A stretch of DNA of 64,000 nt, from assembly GCF_000737315.1 (NCBI RefSeq), contig NZ_JMCB01000008.1, positions 496,001 through 560,000 on the forward strand. The letters run 5' to 3'. The DNA is from Hyalangium minutum (lineage in GTDB: Bacteria > Myxococcota > Myxococcia > Myxococcales > Myxococcaceae). Both the position numbers and the translations under genes were made by a program. Shown in pieces: positions 42,075 to 51,301 of the stretch (positions within the stretch are counted from its first letter, which is position 1; each line of letters begins with the position of its first letter). Below the pieces are notes generated by a model. The model was given only the letters and a program-made list of their open reading frames with translations, was not told the DNA's origin and ran no database searches.

Positions 42075-42425
42075 GTGAAATTTCAGGTGGTCGGGGACCA
42101 GGGAGCCGAAGGCCGCAAGGCCTTCTTCATCGAGATCGAGGCGCGACCCGGGCAGGAGGACGCGGTGGTGCAGATGCTGCGCGACATCCGTGCCTGCGTC
42201 GAAGACGAGCCCGCCACCGGCCCCTGGTTCGCGGTGCGGTTCTCGACGACGCGCTTCGGCATCTTCGAGGCCTTCCCCGATCTGGCGGGGCGCCAGGCGC
42301 ATGTGGACGGCGGCGGCGGCGACATCTTCCGCGACATCGAGCGGATGAACACGATCCTCAATGTCGCAGCCCGGGTCCATCGGGTCGATGTACTGATGAG
42401 CAAGGACCGGTTCGCTCCTCTGTGA
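42075..42425 (+). CDS. Antibiotic-biosynthesis-monooxygenase-like (dimeric alpha/beta barrel) protein
   Basis: IEARPGQEDAV, GPWFAVRF and FGIFEAF.D..GRQAH. Confidence 0.75.
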   Translation: MKFQVVGDQGAEGRKAFFIEIEARPGQEDAVVQMLRDIRACVEDEPATGPWFAVRFSTTRFGIFEAFPDLAGRQAHVDGGGGDIFRDIERMNTILNVAARVHRVDVLMSKDRFAPL

Positions 42426-42481
42426 ATCCTCTCGTTCCGGCCGGCTTCACACTGAGAACGCTTCCAGGAATTCCCGAATCC

Positions 42482-43264
42482 CTAGACCGTCGGCACCGTC
42501 CCCCCGTCGATCAAGTGCTCCGAGCCCGATATCGAACCCGCGCGCGGTGACACCAGAAAGGTGATCAGGTCGGCGACTTCCTGCGGCTTGGCCGGCCGCC
42601 CGAGCGGGATGCCGCCGAGCGATTGCATGATGATCTGCTTGCCGCCCTCGTAGTCCGTTCCGGCCTGGGTGGCCAGGCGCTCGGCCAGCGCAACGGAGGC
42701 TTCGGTCTCGACCCACCCGGGCGAGACGCGCAGCACGCGCACGCCCTTCGGTGTCACCTCCTTCGACAAGGCCTTGCTGTAGGTGGACAGGGCGGCCTTG
42801 GCCGCTGCATAGGCCGTTGTCGATTCCGGCAGCGGCAGCAGACGCTGGATCGAGCTGACGTGGACGATGACACCCGAGCCTTGCGCCAGCATGGCAGGCA
42901 GCAAGGCGCGGTCGAGCCGCACGGCCGGCATGAGGTTCCGGTTCAACGCATCGAACCACTGCGCATCGTCCAAAGCCGCAAAACCACCACCCGGCGCGCT
43001 CGAGCCGCCGAGCACATTGATCAGGATGTCGACGCCGCCCCAACGCTCTCGCACCGACCGCGCCACCTCGGCGACACCTTCGGCCGTCGAGAGGTCGGCC
43101 GCGACATACGACACGCCGGCGTTCGGCTCCGCGGGCACAGCGCGTGCGGTGGTCATTACCTGCACGCCCGCAGCGTGCAGACCTTGAACGACAGCGGCGC
43201 CAATGCCTTTGGTGCCTCCCGTGACCAGCGCCCGCAGGCCTTTCAGTTGGAGATCGAAGCTCAT
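42482..43264 (-). CDS. SDR family oxidoreductase
   Basis: [17 protein letters not shown] and IDGG. Confidence 0.93.
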   Translation of the reverse strand: MSFDLQLKGLRALVTGGTKGIGAAVVQGLHAAGVQVMTTARAVPAEPNAGVSYVAADLSTAEGVAEVARSVRERWGGVDILINVLGGSSAPGGGFAALDDAQWFDALNRNLMPAVRLDRALLPAMLAQGSGVIVHVSSIQRLLPLPESTTAYAAAKAALSTYSKALSKEVTPKGVRVLRVSPGWVETEASVALAERLATQAGTDYEGGKQIIMQSLGGIPLGRPAKPQEVADLITFLVSPRAGSISGSEHLIDGGTVPTV

Positions 43265-43590
43265 GCCGTGATCTCCAGCGATGCGATCAGACCCCGCTCC
43301 AGGCGGAACCGATACCGCAGATCGACCGGACTACCGGGGAAGTTGCCGGTGACGTGGGCTTGGACGACCTGCGAACCGGCCTCGCGCTCCAGCGTGAACG
43401 GCTGCGTCGTGTACGTGTACTGGGCCGACGCCGCCGCCTTCCACGCCTTGATGGCGTCGAGGCCGATGTGTGTGTGGCCTTCATCTTTGACCACGGCCTG
43501 AGCGGCAAAGCAGCGGGCCACGGCCTCGGGGTTCTGTGTGTCGGCGGCGAAGTAGGCCGCAATCGGCTCCGGAAGGGTCAGATCGTTCAT
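43261..43590 (-). CDS. NTF2/SnoaL-like protein
   Basis: [31 protein letters not shown]; 4-nt overlap with the SDR gene. Confidence 0.85.
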   Translation of the reverse strand: MNDLTLPEPIAAYFAADTQNPEAVARCFAAQAVVKDEGHTHIGLDAIKAWKAAASAQYTYTTQPFTLEREAGSQVVQAHVTGNFPGSPVDLRYRFRLERGLIASLEITA

Positions 43591-43686
43591 GGTGGTTCCT
43601 CGGTAGTGATGACCGGAGAATGCGCGCCCTGGAGAAATAAGAGAATCATATAGACTCTTCACAGGTTATGTAGAGGTGGCTACAGA

Positions 43687-44595
43687 ATGCGTGGATCGGA
43701 ATTCGCCGAACTGAAGGCTTTTGCCGCAGTGGTCGAGCGCGCCAGCTTCGCGCGCGCAGCAGAGCACCTGGGGGTGTCGCCTTCAGCGCTCAGCCAGACC
43801 ATCCGCCTGCTGGAAGCCCGGCTTGGAGCGCGGCTGCTGAACCGCACCACGCGCAGCCTGGCGCCCACCGTCACCGGAGAGCAGCTGTACAGGCGCATCG
43901 CGCCTCTTCTCCGAGAGATGACCGAGGCGGTGGCCGAAGCCAGTGCAGCGGCCGGGCGAACGCGCGGCACGCTGCGCATCAACACGCTGGGGATGGCCGC
44001 CCGCCAGGTCATCGCGCCACGGCTGGGCCGGTTTCACCGCGCGCACCCGGAGGTGGCACTGGACATCGTGGTCGACGATGCGCTGAGCGACATCGTCGCC
44101 GGCCGCTTCGATGCCGGCATTCGCGTGGGCGTACGTCTGGAGAAGGACATGGTCGCCGTGCGCTTGACGCCGGACGTGAAGATGGTCGCCGTGGCGTCCC
44201 CTGACTACCTCGCGCATCGCGGCATCCCGCGCACCCCCGGTGACCTGCATGGCCACGCGTGCATCAACTGGCGACTCCAAGTCGATGGACGTGCCTACCG
44301 CTGGGAGTTCGAGAAGAGGGGAAAGCGGATCGAGCTCGCGGTCGATGGCCCGCTGGTCACCAACAATGCCGATGTCGGCGTTGCCGCGGCGCTGGAAGGG
44401 CTGGGCATTGCCTATGCGTTCGGCCACGAGGGCGTGGACGAGTACCTTGCCCGAGGAGAGTTGGTCCGGGTGCTCGCGGACTGGTCGATCGCACGACCAG
44501 GGCTGTTCCTGTACCACCCCAGCCGACGCCACTTTCCGGCTGCGCTGCGCGCCTTCATCGACTGCATGCTGGACAAGGACATGCCCGCACCGTGA
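43687..44595 (+). CDS. LysR family transcriptional regulator (divergent from SnoaL-SDR)
   Basis: SFARAA.HLGVSPSALSQTIR.LE.RLG.RLLNRTTRS HTH and DIVAGRFDAGIR. Confidence 0.95.
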   Translation: MRGSEFAELKAFAAVVERASFARAAEHLGVSPSALSQTIRLLEARLGARLLNRTTRSLAPTVTGEQLYRRIAPLLREMTEAVAEASAAAGRTRGTLRINTLGMAARQVIAPRLGRFHRAHPEVALDIVVDDALSDIVAGRFDAGIRVGVRLEKDMVAVRLTPDVKMVAVASPDYLAHRGIPRTPGDLHGHACINWRLQVDGRAYRWEFEKRGKRIELAVDGPLVTNNADVGVAAALEGLGIAYAFGHEGVDEYLARGELVRVLADWSIARPGLFLYHPSRRHFPAALRAFIDCMLDKDMPAP

Positions 44596-44651
44596 CCCGG
44601 ATGGCGCTCACGCCAGCTCGAACACCACGTCCTGTGCGCCTTCCCACAGCT

Positions 44652-44696
44652 CCAGCTCGGCTCAGGGCGCGCGCGTCGGACAGCTCCAGCTCGGGC
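44652..44696 (+). repeat. Left copy of a ~45-bp direct repeat flanking cassette copy 2
   Basis: Core gggcgcgcgcg(t/g)cggacagctccagctcgggc is shared with 46042..46088. Confidence 0.8.
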
Positions 44697-44944
44697 GCCG
44701 CGTACAGGTCCACCTCGGCACGGGGGACATACCGTAGGACTCTCCAAGTCCTATTCAACTACCCGCCCTCTGCGAGCATGAACTTTCCAAGTCGGTGCGT
44801 GCCAGAAGACTTCGTAGGTCATAGGCTGGGATGGCATGGGACTTGTTAGGTCCTAAAATCTCGTCTGACGTATTGGTGTGTGCGCAACCTGTCCCGGGGA
44901 ACTTGCGATAACTCCGATCACTCGGGCTGTGCCCGGGAGGCCCC

Positions 44945-45514
44945 ATGACCCATCACGCCAACTCTTGGCGCCTTAGGTGTGCTCTCCTGATCTGCGCCAG
45001 CCTGTTAGCCGGTGTGGGCTGTAGTTCGACGCAAGCTGCCCATCAGGGCACCGGCGGATCGGGCTCTGCGGATGGGGCTGCCGCATACGTGCAGGAAACC
45101 GCGCAGCGCGGGGATTCCATCGCGCAGGCTGCCCCCGCCCAATGCGGCCCGTTTGACAGCACCGTTTCCTGCTGCCTTAAGCAGCACCCGGGCGAGTTCG
45201 GACGCTGCGGGGCTATAGACCCTGGGAAGGCCCCCACGCGGGCACCCAAGCAAGCGCCCCGGACGGATCCGAATCCGTACCCGCCCCCCACTACGGATCC
45301 GTACCCGCCCCCCACGGATGCAGCCCCTCCCGACAGACGGAAGAGGGATCAGCAATGCCGCGAGTATTGGAATCAGTGCATCGCGCTCGGAGGCGAGTAC
45401 GAGAAGCGCGGGCAGCATGGCCGCACCATCTGCGCGTCCTGCTACGACCAGTGCATGGGGCTGGGCTACTGGCCCAAAGAGGTCAACGACTTTGAATGTC
45501 TCGGAGGCTTCTAG
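44945..45514 (+). CDS. Cys-rich lipoprotein, copy 2 (candidate toxin/effector)
   Basis: ggagg RBS, lipobox GVGC, and the same ten-Cys pattern as 21801..22352. Confidence 0.8.
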   Translation: MTHHANSWRLRCALLICASLLAGVGCSSTQAAHQGTGGSGSADGAAAYVQETAQRGDSIAQAAPAQCGPFDSTVSCCLKQHPGEFGRCGAIDPGKAPTRAPKQAPRTDPNPYPPPTTDPYPPPTDAAPPDRRKRDQQCREYWNQCIALGGEYEKRGQHGRTICASCYDQCMGLGYWPKEVNDFECLGGF

Positions 45515-46017
45515 CCGTGGCCCTCCTTCGTTGGGAATGGTGGAACAAGGTTGCCGAGGAACGCCAGTGGCTCACCCTCGGAATGAGCTTCGCAGAAGTG
45601 CCTTTTGACGCCTACGTGGCCGCGCTCAAGGATCTAGAGCGACAGTTTGCACGAGAGGCGCGAACTCCTGGCGAACGCCTGCACCTCAAGCGCCTGACGG
45701 CAGAGGACGCATTGAACGCGGCATTCAGGATGGATCGCCCATGGAAAGACTTTGGCCCGTGGCTGCGCAGGCTCAAACGGCTGGGCTTCCCGAATCTCTG
45801 GAGCCGCTATCAGATCTCGACGATCTATGTGCAGTCCTTGCACAACTTCCCGGAGCAAACCCGAGACGCTTTTGAGATGTTGGCGGACACAAGGCGCAGG
45901 GTCTTGAGGCGACGCAAGGATCGTTCTTCGCGCCAACAGATGCTTGACGGGATCGAGCACGCCCGACGCGAGGCAGCACAATACGGCATCCAGCCGCCCG
46001 CGAAATCGAAGCGGTAG
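45496..46017 (+). CDS. Helical basic partner protein, copy 2 (candidate immunity; 173 aa)
   Basis: Same 19-nt overlap and same length as 22334..22855. Confidence 0.8.
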   Translation: MSRRLLAVALLRWEWWNKVAEERQWLTLGMSFAEVPFDAYVAALKDLERQFAREARTPGERLHLKRLTAEDALNAAFRMDRPWKDFGPWLRRLKRLGFPNLWSRYQISTIYVQSLHNFPEQTRDAFEMLADTRRRVLRRRKDRSSRQQMLDGIEHARREAAQYGIQPPAKSKR

Positions 46018-46041
46018 GGCACGGGAAACGCCCGCACAATC

Positions 46042-46088
46042 CCAGCTCGGCCCCATGGGCGCGCGCGGCGGACAGCTCCAGCTCGGGC
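46042..46088 (+). repeat. Right copy of the direct repeat flanking cassette copy 2
   Basis: See 44652..44696. Confidence 0.8.
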
Positions 46089-46202
46089 CGGTGGCGCTCG
46101 CCAGGACGGCAGCCATCGTCGCCGCTCCGGTCGCGGGAGGGACGGCCCTTCGCCTCATCGACTCGGGCCGCCCCCCGCACAGATCTCCGGCCCCCTTCTC
46201 GT

Positions 46203-46386
46203 ACGCCAACACCCTGAAGCCTGCCTCCACACCTCAAGCACGCCAACACATCCAGGGCGAACGTCCTTTTCTGCAGCCCGGCCCAGTCCAAACCGGGGGT
46301 GCGCTCCTTCCAAAGGCTCCTCCACCCTCGCGGCAAAGGCGGGGCTCTCCTCCGTAAGCCCCGGCTCCGCCCCTGCTTGAGGGAGC
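46203..46386 (-). mobile_element. IS91-like (Y2 rolling-circle) transposase 3' fragment
   Basis: LDWAGLQKRTFALDVLACLRCGGRL..VLAY; near-identical to 62425..62607. Confidence 0.75.
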
Positions 46387-46411
46387 AACGTCCCCGGCCT
46401 CGGACGTGCAG

Positions 46412-47254
46412 TCAGAGCATCGGGAGCTCGGGCCTGGGCTCGGAGGCAAAGGCCTCGTCGATGAGCGAAATCTCCTCCCGCGTGAGTCGCAGGTCCGCGG
46501 CCCCCGCATTCTCCTCCACGTGCGCCACGCGCGAGGCTTTGGGGATGGCGAAGAGCGAGGGGCGCCGGGTGACGAAGGCGAGCGCCACCTGGCGGAGGGT
46601 GGCCCCGTGGTTGCGCGCGACCTGGACCAGCGCGCGCCCCCTGGGTGACGAGGGAGACGGGAACTGGCCGTGGCCGAGGGGGCTGTAGGCGACCATCGAC
46701 ACCCGGTGGTCCTCGCACCAGGGGAGGACGCGGTACTCGGTGGTGCGCTCCTCCAGGTTGTAGAGCACCTGGTTGCAGGTGATGCGCCCCTCGCCCGTGA
46801 ACCCGAGCGCCTCCTCGAGGTCGTCCACGTCGAAGTTGCTCACGCCCCAGCTGCGAATCTTCCCCTGGTCCACCAGCCGGTCGAAGGCGCCGAACGTCTC
46901 CTCCAGGGGATACTTCCCCCGCCAGTGCAGCAGGTAGCAGTCCAGCCAGTCCGTGCCCAGGCGCTCCAGCGAGCGCTCACAGGCGCCCAGGGTGCCGCGG
47001 AAGCTCGCGTTGGAGGGCAGCACCTTGGAGACGAGGAAGACCTCGTCGCGCCGGCCGGAGATGGCCTCCCCCACCATCTCCTCCACCGCGCCGGAGCCGT
47101 ACATCTCCGCGGTGTCCACGTGGGTCATCCCCAGCTCCAGCCCTCGGCGGAGCGCCCGGATGGCCTCCTCCCGGTGGGCCTGGTCCAGGTACCAGGTGCC
47201 CTGGCCCAGCACCGGCACCTGCCAGCCGGTGGGGCCCCACGCGTGCGTCCTCAT
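46412..47254 (-). CDS. Aldo/keto reductase
   Basis: LGQGTW, VDTAEMYG, FLVSK, DCYLLHW, GVSNF, NQVLYNL and IPKAS. Confidence 0.92.
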   Translation of the reverse strand: MRTHAWGPTGWQVPVLGQGTWYLDQAHREEAIRALRRGLELGMTHVDTAEMYGSGAVEEMVGEAISGRRDEVFLVSKVLPSNASFRGTLGACERSLERLGTDWLDCYLLHWRGKYPLEETFGAFDRLVDQGKIRSWGVSNFDVDDLEEALGFTGEGRITCNQVLYNLEERTTEYRVLPWCEDHRVSMVAYSPLGHGQFPSPSSPRGRALVQVARNHGATLRQVALAFVTRRPSLFAIPKASRVAHVEENAGAADLRLTREEISLIDEAFASEPRPELPML

Positions 47255-47444
47255 GCGGTACCTCCTCGTTGCCCGCAAAGGTTGGGCACGCCGCTCCCTC
47301 CGTGCAGGCGGAGGCCGTCACGACCCAGCGAGGGCTCACCGGTCCCGAGGCAGAGCCGCTCTGGCCGCCGGGCCGGGCCGGACGGACCTTCAGGCGGAAG
47401 GGACGGACGCTGGCGCCGGCGTGGCCGCCGGTGAGGAGGGCAGG

Positions 47445-48107
47445 ATGCGCAACCCCCGGGTCGAGCAGTACAGCACCACGGACACCCGCCGTGCAGAGGG
47501 CTTCGCGGACGCGGTCTTCGCCATCACCATCACCCTGCTGGTGCTCGAGCTGCGTCCACCCGAGGTCCCGCCCGGCCAGCTGCTCGCCGGGCTGCTGCAT
47601 CAGTGGCCGTCGTATCTCGCCTACGTGACGTCCTACCTCTACATCGCGGTCATCTGGCTCAACCACAAGCACGCCTTCCTGCGCATCCGCTCGATGAACC
47701 GGGGGCTGCACTGGGCCAACCTCGGAATCCTCTTCACGACCGCGCTGCTGCCGTTCGCGACCGGGGTCCTGTCGAAAGCGGTGCGGGAAGGCGATCCGGC
47801 CGACGAGCCGACGGCCGTGGCGCTCTACTCGCTGGTCGGCACGTTCCTGTGTGGCACCTGGGTGGTGTTCTTCCGCTACCTCGGCCACCACCCGGCCCTG
47901 CTCGACGAGGGAGTCCCCGCGGAGTTCTTCATCCAGGAGACCACCCGCGCGTGGCTGGGGGTCATCCTCTACGCCGCCGCCGGGGCGTTCGGCTACCTCG
48001 TCGCCCCGGTCATCGCGCTGGTGCTCTTCCTCGCCGTGCCGACCTTCTACGCCATCACCAGCCACGGGCTCTACGAGCTGGGCATCGTGTTGCGTCGGCG
48101 TCGCTGA
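47445..48107 (+). CDS. TMEM175 family (DUF1211) potassium channel
   Basis: gaggag RBS; R.EGFADAVFAITITLLVLEL and WLNHKH motifs. Confidence 0.88.
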   Translation: MRNPRVEQYSTTDTRRAEGFADAVFAITITLLVLELRPPEVPPGQLLAGLLHQWPSYLAYVTSYLYIAVIWLNHKHAFLRIRSMNRGLHWANLGILFTTALLPFATGVLSKAVREGDPADEPTAVALYSLVGTFLCGTWVVFFRYLGHHPALLDEGVPAEFFIQETTRAWLGVILYAAAGAFGYLVAPVIALVLFLAVPTFYAITSHGLYELGIVLRRRR

Positions 48108-48395
48108 CGCTTCGAGGAGGTGGACGCACTCCGTGGAGGAACCTCAGCGGGCATGTCCCACCTCACCCGGGGAACGTGCAGCACCGATTTTCCCTCTCCG
48201 GAAAGCCATGTCAGATTTCAGGGGCCCCGCCCGGGGCTTCTCGCCATGCTCTCTCTTCGCCAGCTCCCCCGCCTCGGCCCGCTCCTCCTCGTCCTCGCAC
48301 CGCTGCTCGCGTGGGCTGCGGGGGGGCGCCCATCCCGCTGAGGGAGGGCTGGCGGCACCGATGGGGGATGCTCCCTCCTGGGCGGGAGCATAGGG

Positions 48396-48452
48396 GCGAC
48401 GAGAAACTCGTCCTTGCCACTCTCGCAGCGCACCCGCGCGAAGCCGTGCGCC
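48396..48452 (-). mobile_element. Short fragment of an IS91-type transposase zinc-binding domain
   Basis: AHGFARVRCESGKDEFLVA resembles LAHGFARVRCESCKDELLVAFSC. Confidence 0.6.
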
Positions 48453-48472
48453 CTGGGAGACCGGGGAACTCA

Positions 48473-48672
48473 GGCCGCTTGCGTCCAAGCAGATTGCCCC
48501 TGTTGGGCCGCATGTGCCCCCAGTGTGACCCTCCAGCGGGGAATTGAACGGGACGAGACGGGACGGAGCGGAGGAGCGATCCACTGTGAGATCAAGGCGT
48601 TAGCCGGTAACAGCGCGACCTGCTTGGGGTTTTGCTTCCGCCTTGATGCGGGTTCGATTCCCGCAGCCTCCA
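48473..48672 (+). repeat. att-like element ending in a tmRNA-3'-end-like sequence, copy 2
   Basis: ggggttttgcttccgccttgatgcgggttcgattcccgcagcctcca at 48626-48672. Confidence 0.7.
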
Positions 48673-48818
48673 AAAGCGGTGAACGTCCGCAACTTGCCCG
48701 CCTAAGCTGCCCCTCATGCCCTGACGGCGAGCAGGACACGCGCGATACTCAGGCCCGGGCCGCGTGCTTCTGGTACAGTGGCCGACCCGCAGAGATAGGA
48801 ATTTCAAAGGAGCGCATT

Positions 48819-50840
48819 GTGCAGCTTGTCTCGGTGCAGGTGGGGCCGTTCAAGTCAATCGACCAACCACAGACGGTCAAGATCGACCCAGAGGTAACCG
48901 TCTTCGTCGGTATGAACGAGGCGGGTAAGACCGTGTTCCTTCAGGCCCTTCATAAATCCGACGATGCCGCCGGTGTTGCCGTGTTCGACCCTGTTGAGGA
49001 TTACCCTCGCAAGGACTTGTCGGCCTATCTCAGGCAACACACGACGAAGCCCGCCCAGGTCACGAAGCTTACCTACAAGCTTACAGCGGGCGAACTGGAC
49101 GAGTTGAACCGCGACCTGCATACGAATCTCCCCGCCGACTTCGAATTTTCCCTGCTCCGGCATTATGACAATACACTACGGATCCAACTGGGGATCGACG
49201 AAAAGCCTGTCCTGGATCATCTACGCCAAGATAGCCGGCTCAGCTCGGATGTGAGGGCAGCGCTAGCGGCAGTCACATCGGTAAGAAGTATCCCCAAAGC
49301 GACCGAGCATCTCAGCCTTACAGACAACGACAAAGGCTGGCTCGCCTCGGTCCAGCAGCGCATCACCAAGACGCAATGGGAATCCGTGACTCAAGCTGAA
49401 GCTTGGAATTGGTTGCAACCCCGCCTCCCAAAGTTTGCCTTCTTCGGAGAGTACGAGCTCCTGCCGAGCAAGCTGAATCTTACCGACTTGGCACGACGTG
49501 TTGAACAGGCGAAGTCAATCACGACGCCCCAGAATGCTCAGCAGGCCAAAGCTTCACAAAAACCTCTGGAGCCTCAGCATCGTGCGGTACTTGCCTTATT
49601 GAGGATGGCTGATATCTCCGTAGAAGACTTCACGCGACCTGGAGGCGGGTATGAGTCCCTCAAGGCTAGGCTTGAAGCCATCTCCATCAAGCTGACCGAC
49701 GAAATACTGGAGTTCTGGAAACAAAACGAAGATCTAGAGGTCGAAGTCGACATTCGGCTCGATCCGGACGAACAGCCGCCTTTCAACAGTGGGCCGAACA
49801 TCTACCTGCGCATCAAGAACCGGCGGCATCGCGGGGTCAGTACACCGTTCCACCAGCGGAGCAGGGGCTTCACCTGGTTCTTCAGCTTTCTGGTGTGGTT
49901 TGACAGCGTGCAACATCAACTAGCTGTTGGCGACCCTGGGGACCGTGACCTCATCCTGCTGCTGGATGAGCCCGGGCTGAATCTCCACGCACTCGCCCAA
50001 GCCGATTTCCTGCGGTACATCGACAGATTGGCTGAGAAACATCAAGTACTCTACACCACGCACTCTCCATTCATGGTCCACTCTGACCGGCTTCACCAAG
50101 TCCGTGTCGTCGAGGATCGCGTAAAGGTGGGTACTGTGCTTTCCGATAATGTGAGCAACTCAGATCCGCGAACCATCTTTCCACTACAGGCGGCATTAGG
50201 CTGGACCCTAGCGCAGAACCTCTTTATTTCGGAGCGAAACCTATTGGTGGAAGGGCCCTCCGACCTGCTGTACCTGCAGGCGATCTCATCCCTCCTTGAG
50301 GCCCAAGGACGAGTTGGTTTGCGTGAGGAAGTAACTATCGTACCGACAGGTGGGCTCGACAAGGTGGTCACCTTCGTTGCGTTGCTTGGGGCAAACGGGC
50401 TCAAGCTTGCGGTCCTTCACGACTATCGGGGAAGGCCAGAGCAGAAACTTGAGGACCTTGTGAAGCAGAAGATGATCGCCCCCAAGGCCTTGCTCGACGT
50501 TTCGCAATTCCGAGATCTCGCCAATATCGGAAAGAGCAGCCGAGCATCGGACATCGAAGATCTCCTGCCGGTGAGCCTGTATCTCGATTACTTCAATAGG
50601 GCTTTCAGCCAGCAACTAGGTAGCACGAAGGTCACCGAAGCGGACTTGCCGGCCGGGGACCGGGTTCTTGATCGGATTGAACGACATCTGTCCACCACTA
50701 GAATACATATCCGCCCCAGTGGAGGCTTCAATCATTACGCCGTGGCCTCCCTCTTCGTCAGTAGTCCTCCATCCAGTCTCGACGCGGATGCCCTGGCTCG
50801 GTTCGAGTCGTTATTCCGGGCAGTGAATGGGCTGTTCTGA
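48819..50840 (+). CDS. OLD-family-like ABC ATPase plus TOPRIM protein (673 aa), candidate anti-phage nuclease
   Basis: Walker A GMNEAGKT, signature RSRGFTWFFSF, Walker B LLLDEPG, H-loop TTHSPF and TOPRIM LLVEGPSD; AT-shifted codons. Start at GTG 48819. Confidence 0.85.
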   Translation: MQLVSVQVGPFKSIDQPQTVKIDPEVTVFVGMNEAGKTVFLQALHKSDDAAGVAVFDPVEDYPRKDLSAYLRQHTTKPAQVTKLTYKLTAGELDELNRDLHTNLPADFEFSLLRHYDNTLRIQLGIDEKPVLDHLRQDSRLSSDVRAALAAVTSVRSIPKATEHLSLTDNDKGWLASVQQRITKTQWESVTQAEAWNWLQPRLPKFAFFGEYELLPSKLNLTDLARRVEQAKSITTPQNAQQAKASQKPLEPQHRAVLALLRMADISVEDFTRPGGGYESLKARLEAISIKLTDEILEFWKQNEDLEVEVDIRLDPDEQPPFNSGPNIYLRIKNRRHRGVSTPFHQRSRGFTWFFSFLVWFDSVQHQLAVGDPGDRDLILLLDEPGLNLHALAQADFLRYIDRLAEKHQVLYTTHSPFMVHSDRLHQVRVVEDRVKVGTVLSDNVSNSDPRTIFPLQAALGWTLAQNLFISERNLLVEGPSDLLYLQAISSLLEAQGRVGLREEVTIVPTGGLDKVVTFVALLGANGLKLAVLHDYRGRPEQKLEDLVKQKMIAPKALLDVSQFRDLANIGKSSRASDIEDLLPVSLYLDYFNRAFSQQLGSTKVTEADLPAGDRVLDRIERHLSTTRIHIRPSGGFNHYAVASLFVSSPPSSLDADALARFESLFRAVNGLF

Positions 50841-50873
50841 TCAACGCCTGTTGGGTAGAAAATGCGCATAAGA

Positions 50874-51250
50874 AGGATAGGGGCAGTGTTGAAGGGAACG
50901 GGCGAGAGCAGAGAGGCAGCCGAGGGCTGCTGACGAGTGCCGGAGGGCCGAGTGCCACGTCGGTGCACCCACAGCGCAGCCTAAGAGGGTACACGCCTGC
51001 TTAAGCCGCCCTCCCATGAGGAAGCGGCAAGCGATGGGCCACTGCTGCTGATGAGCTGATGACTCAACACCACGAGTTCTGGGGGCCCCCGCGCCGGGGC
51101 CAGCCTCCCAGGCAGCGTGGGCAGACCTTAGGTGCTCCAAGAGGGCACGCACCCCACCGGGAGCCGTCACATACGTCAGCACCCGGCGCTTGCCTCCACA
51201 CCTGCCGCACGCGAACACGTCTAGCGCGAAGCTCCTGCGCAGCAGCCCGA
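50874..51250 (-). mobile_element. IS91-like transposase 3' end and downstream terminal region
   Basis: LLRRSFALDVFACGRCGGKRRVLTYVTAPGGVRALLEHL..PT..GRLAPARGP, plus the terminal gatagg..gtgttga motif. Confidence 0.75.
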
Positions 51251-51301
51251 CTTCGTGGTTGGCAGGGTACGCAAATTCGTACAGGAGTAGTATCCGGTCC
51301 C

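Noticed and set aside
48247-48341. Signal-peptide-like mini ORF MLSLRQLPRLGPLLLVLAPLLAWAAGG
   Set aside because: Stops after ~31 codons; at best a gene stub, too short to call.
48473-48672. Intact tmRNA or tRNA gene
   Set aside because: Only a T-arm and acceptor 3' strand are present; no 5' GGGG(G/C) strand, tag reading frame or anticodon arm at the right distance.
48414-48818. N-terminal extension of the OLD-like ORF (likewise 5044, 24278, 28585, 33586 and 51059 starts)
   Set aside because: The extensions run through att-like or IS remnants or other genes; downstream starts fit the domain boundaries or an RBS.
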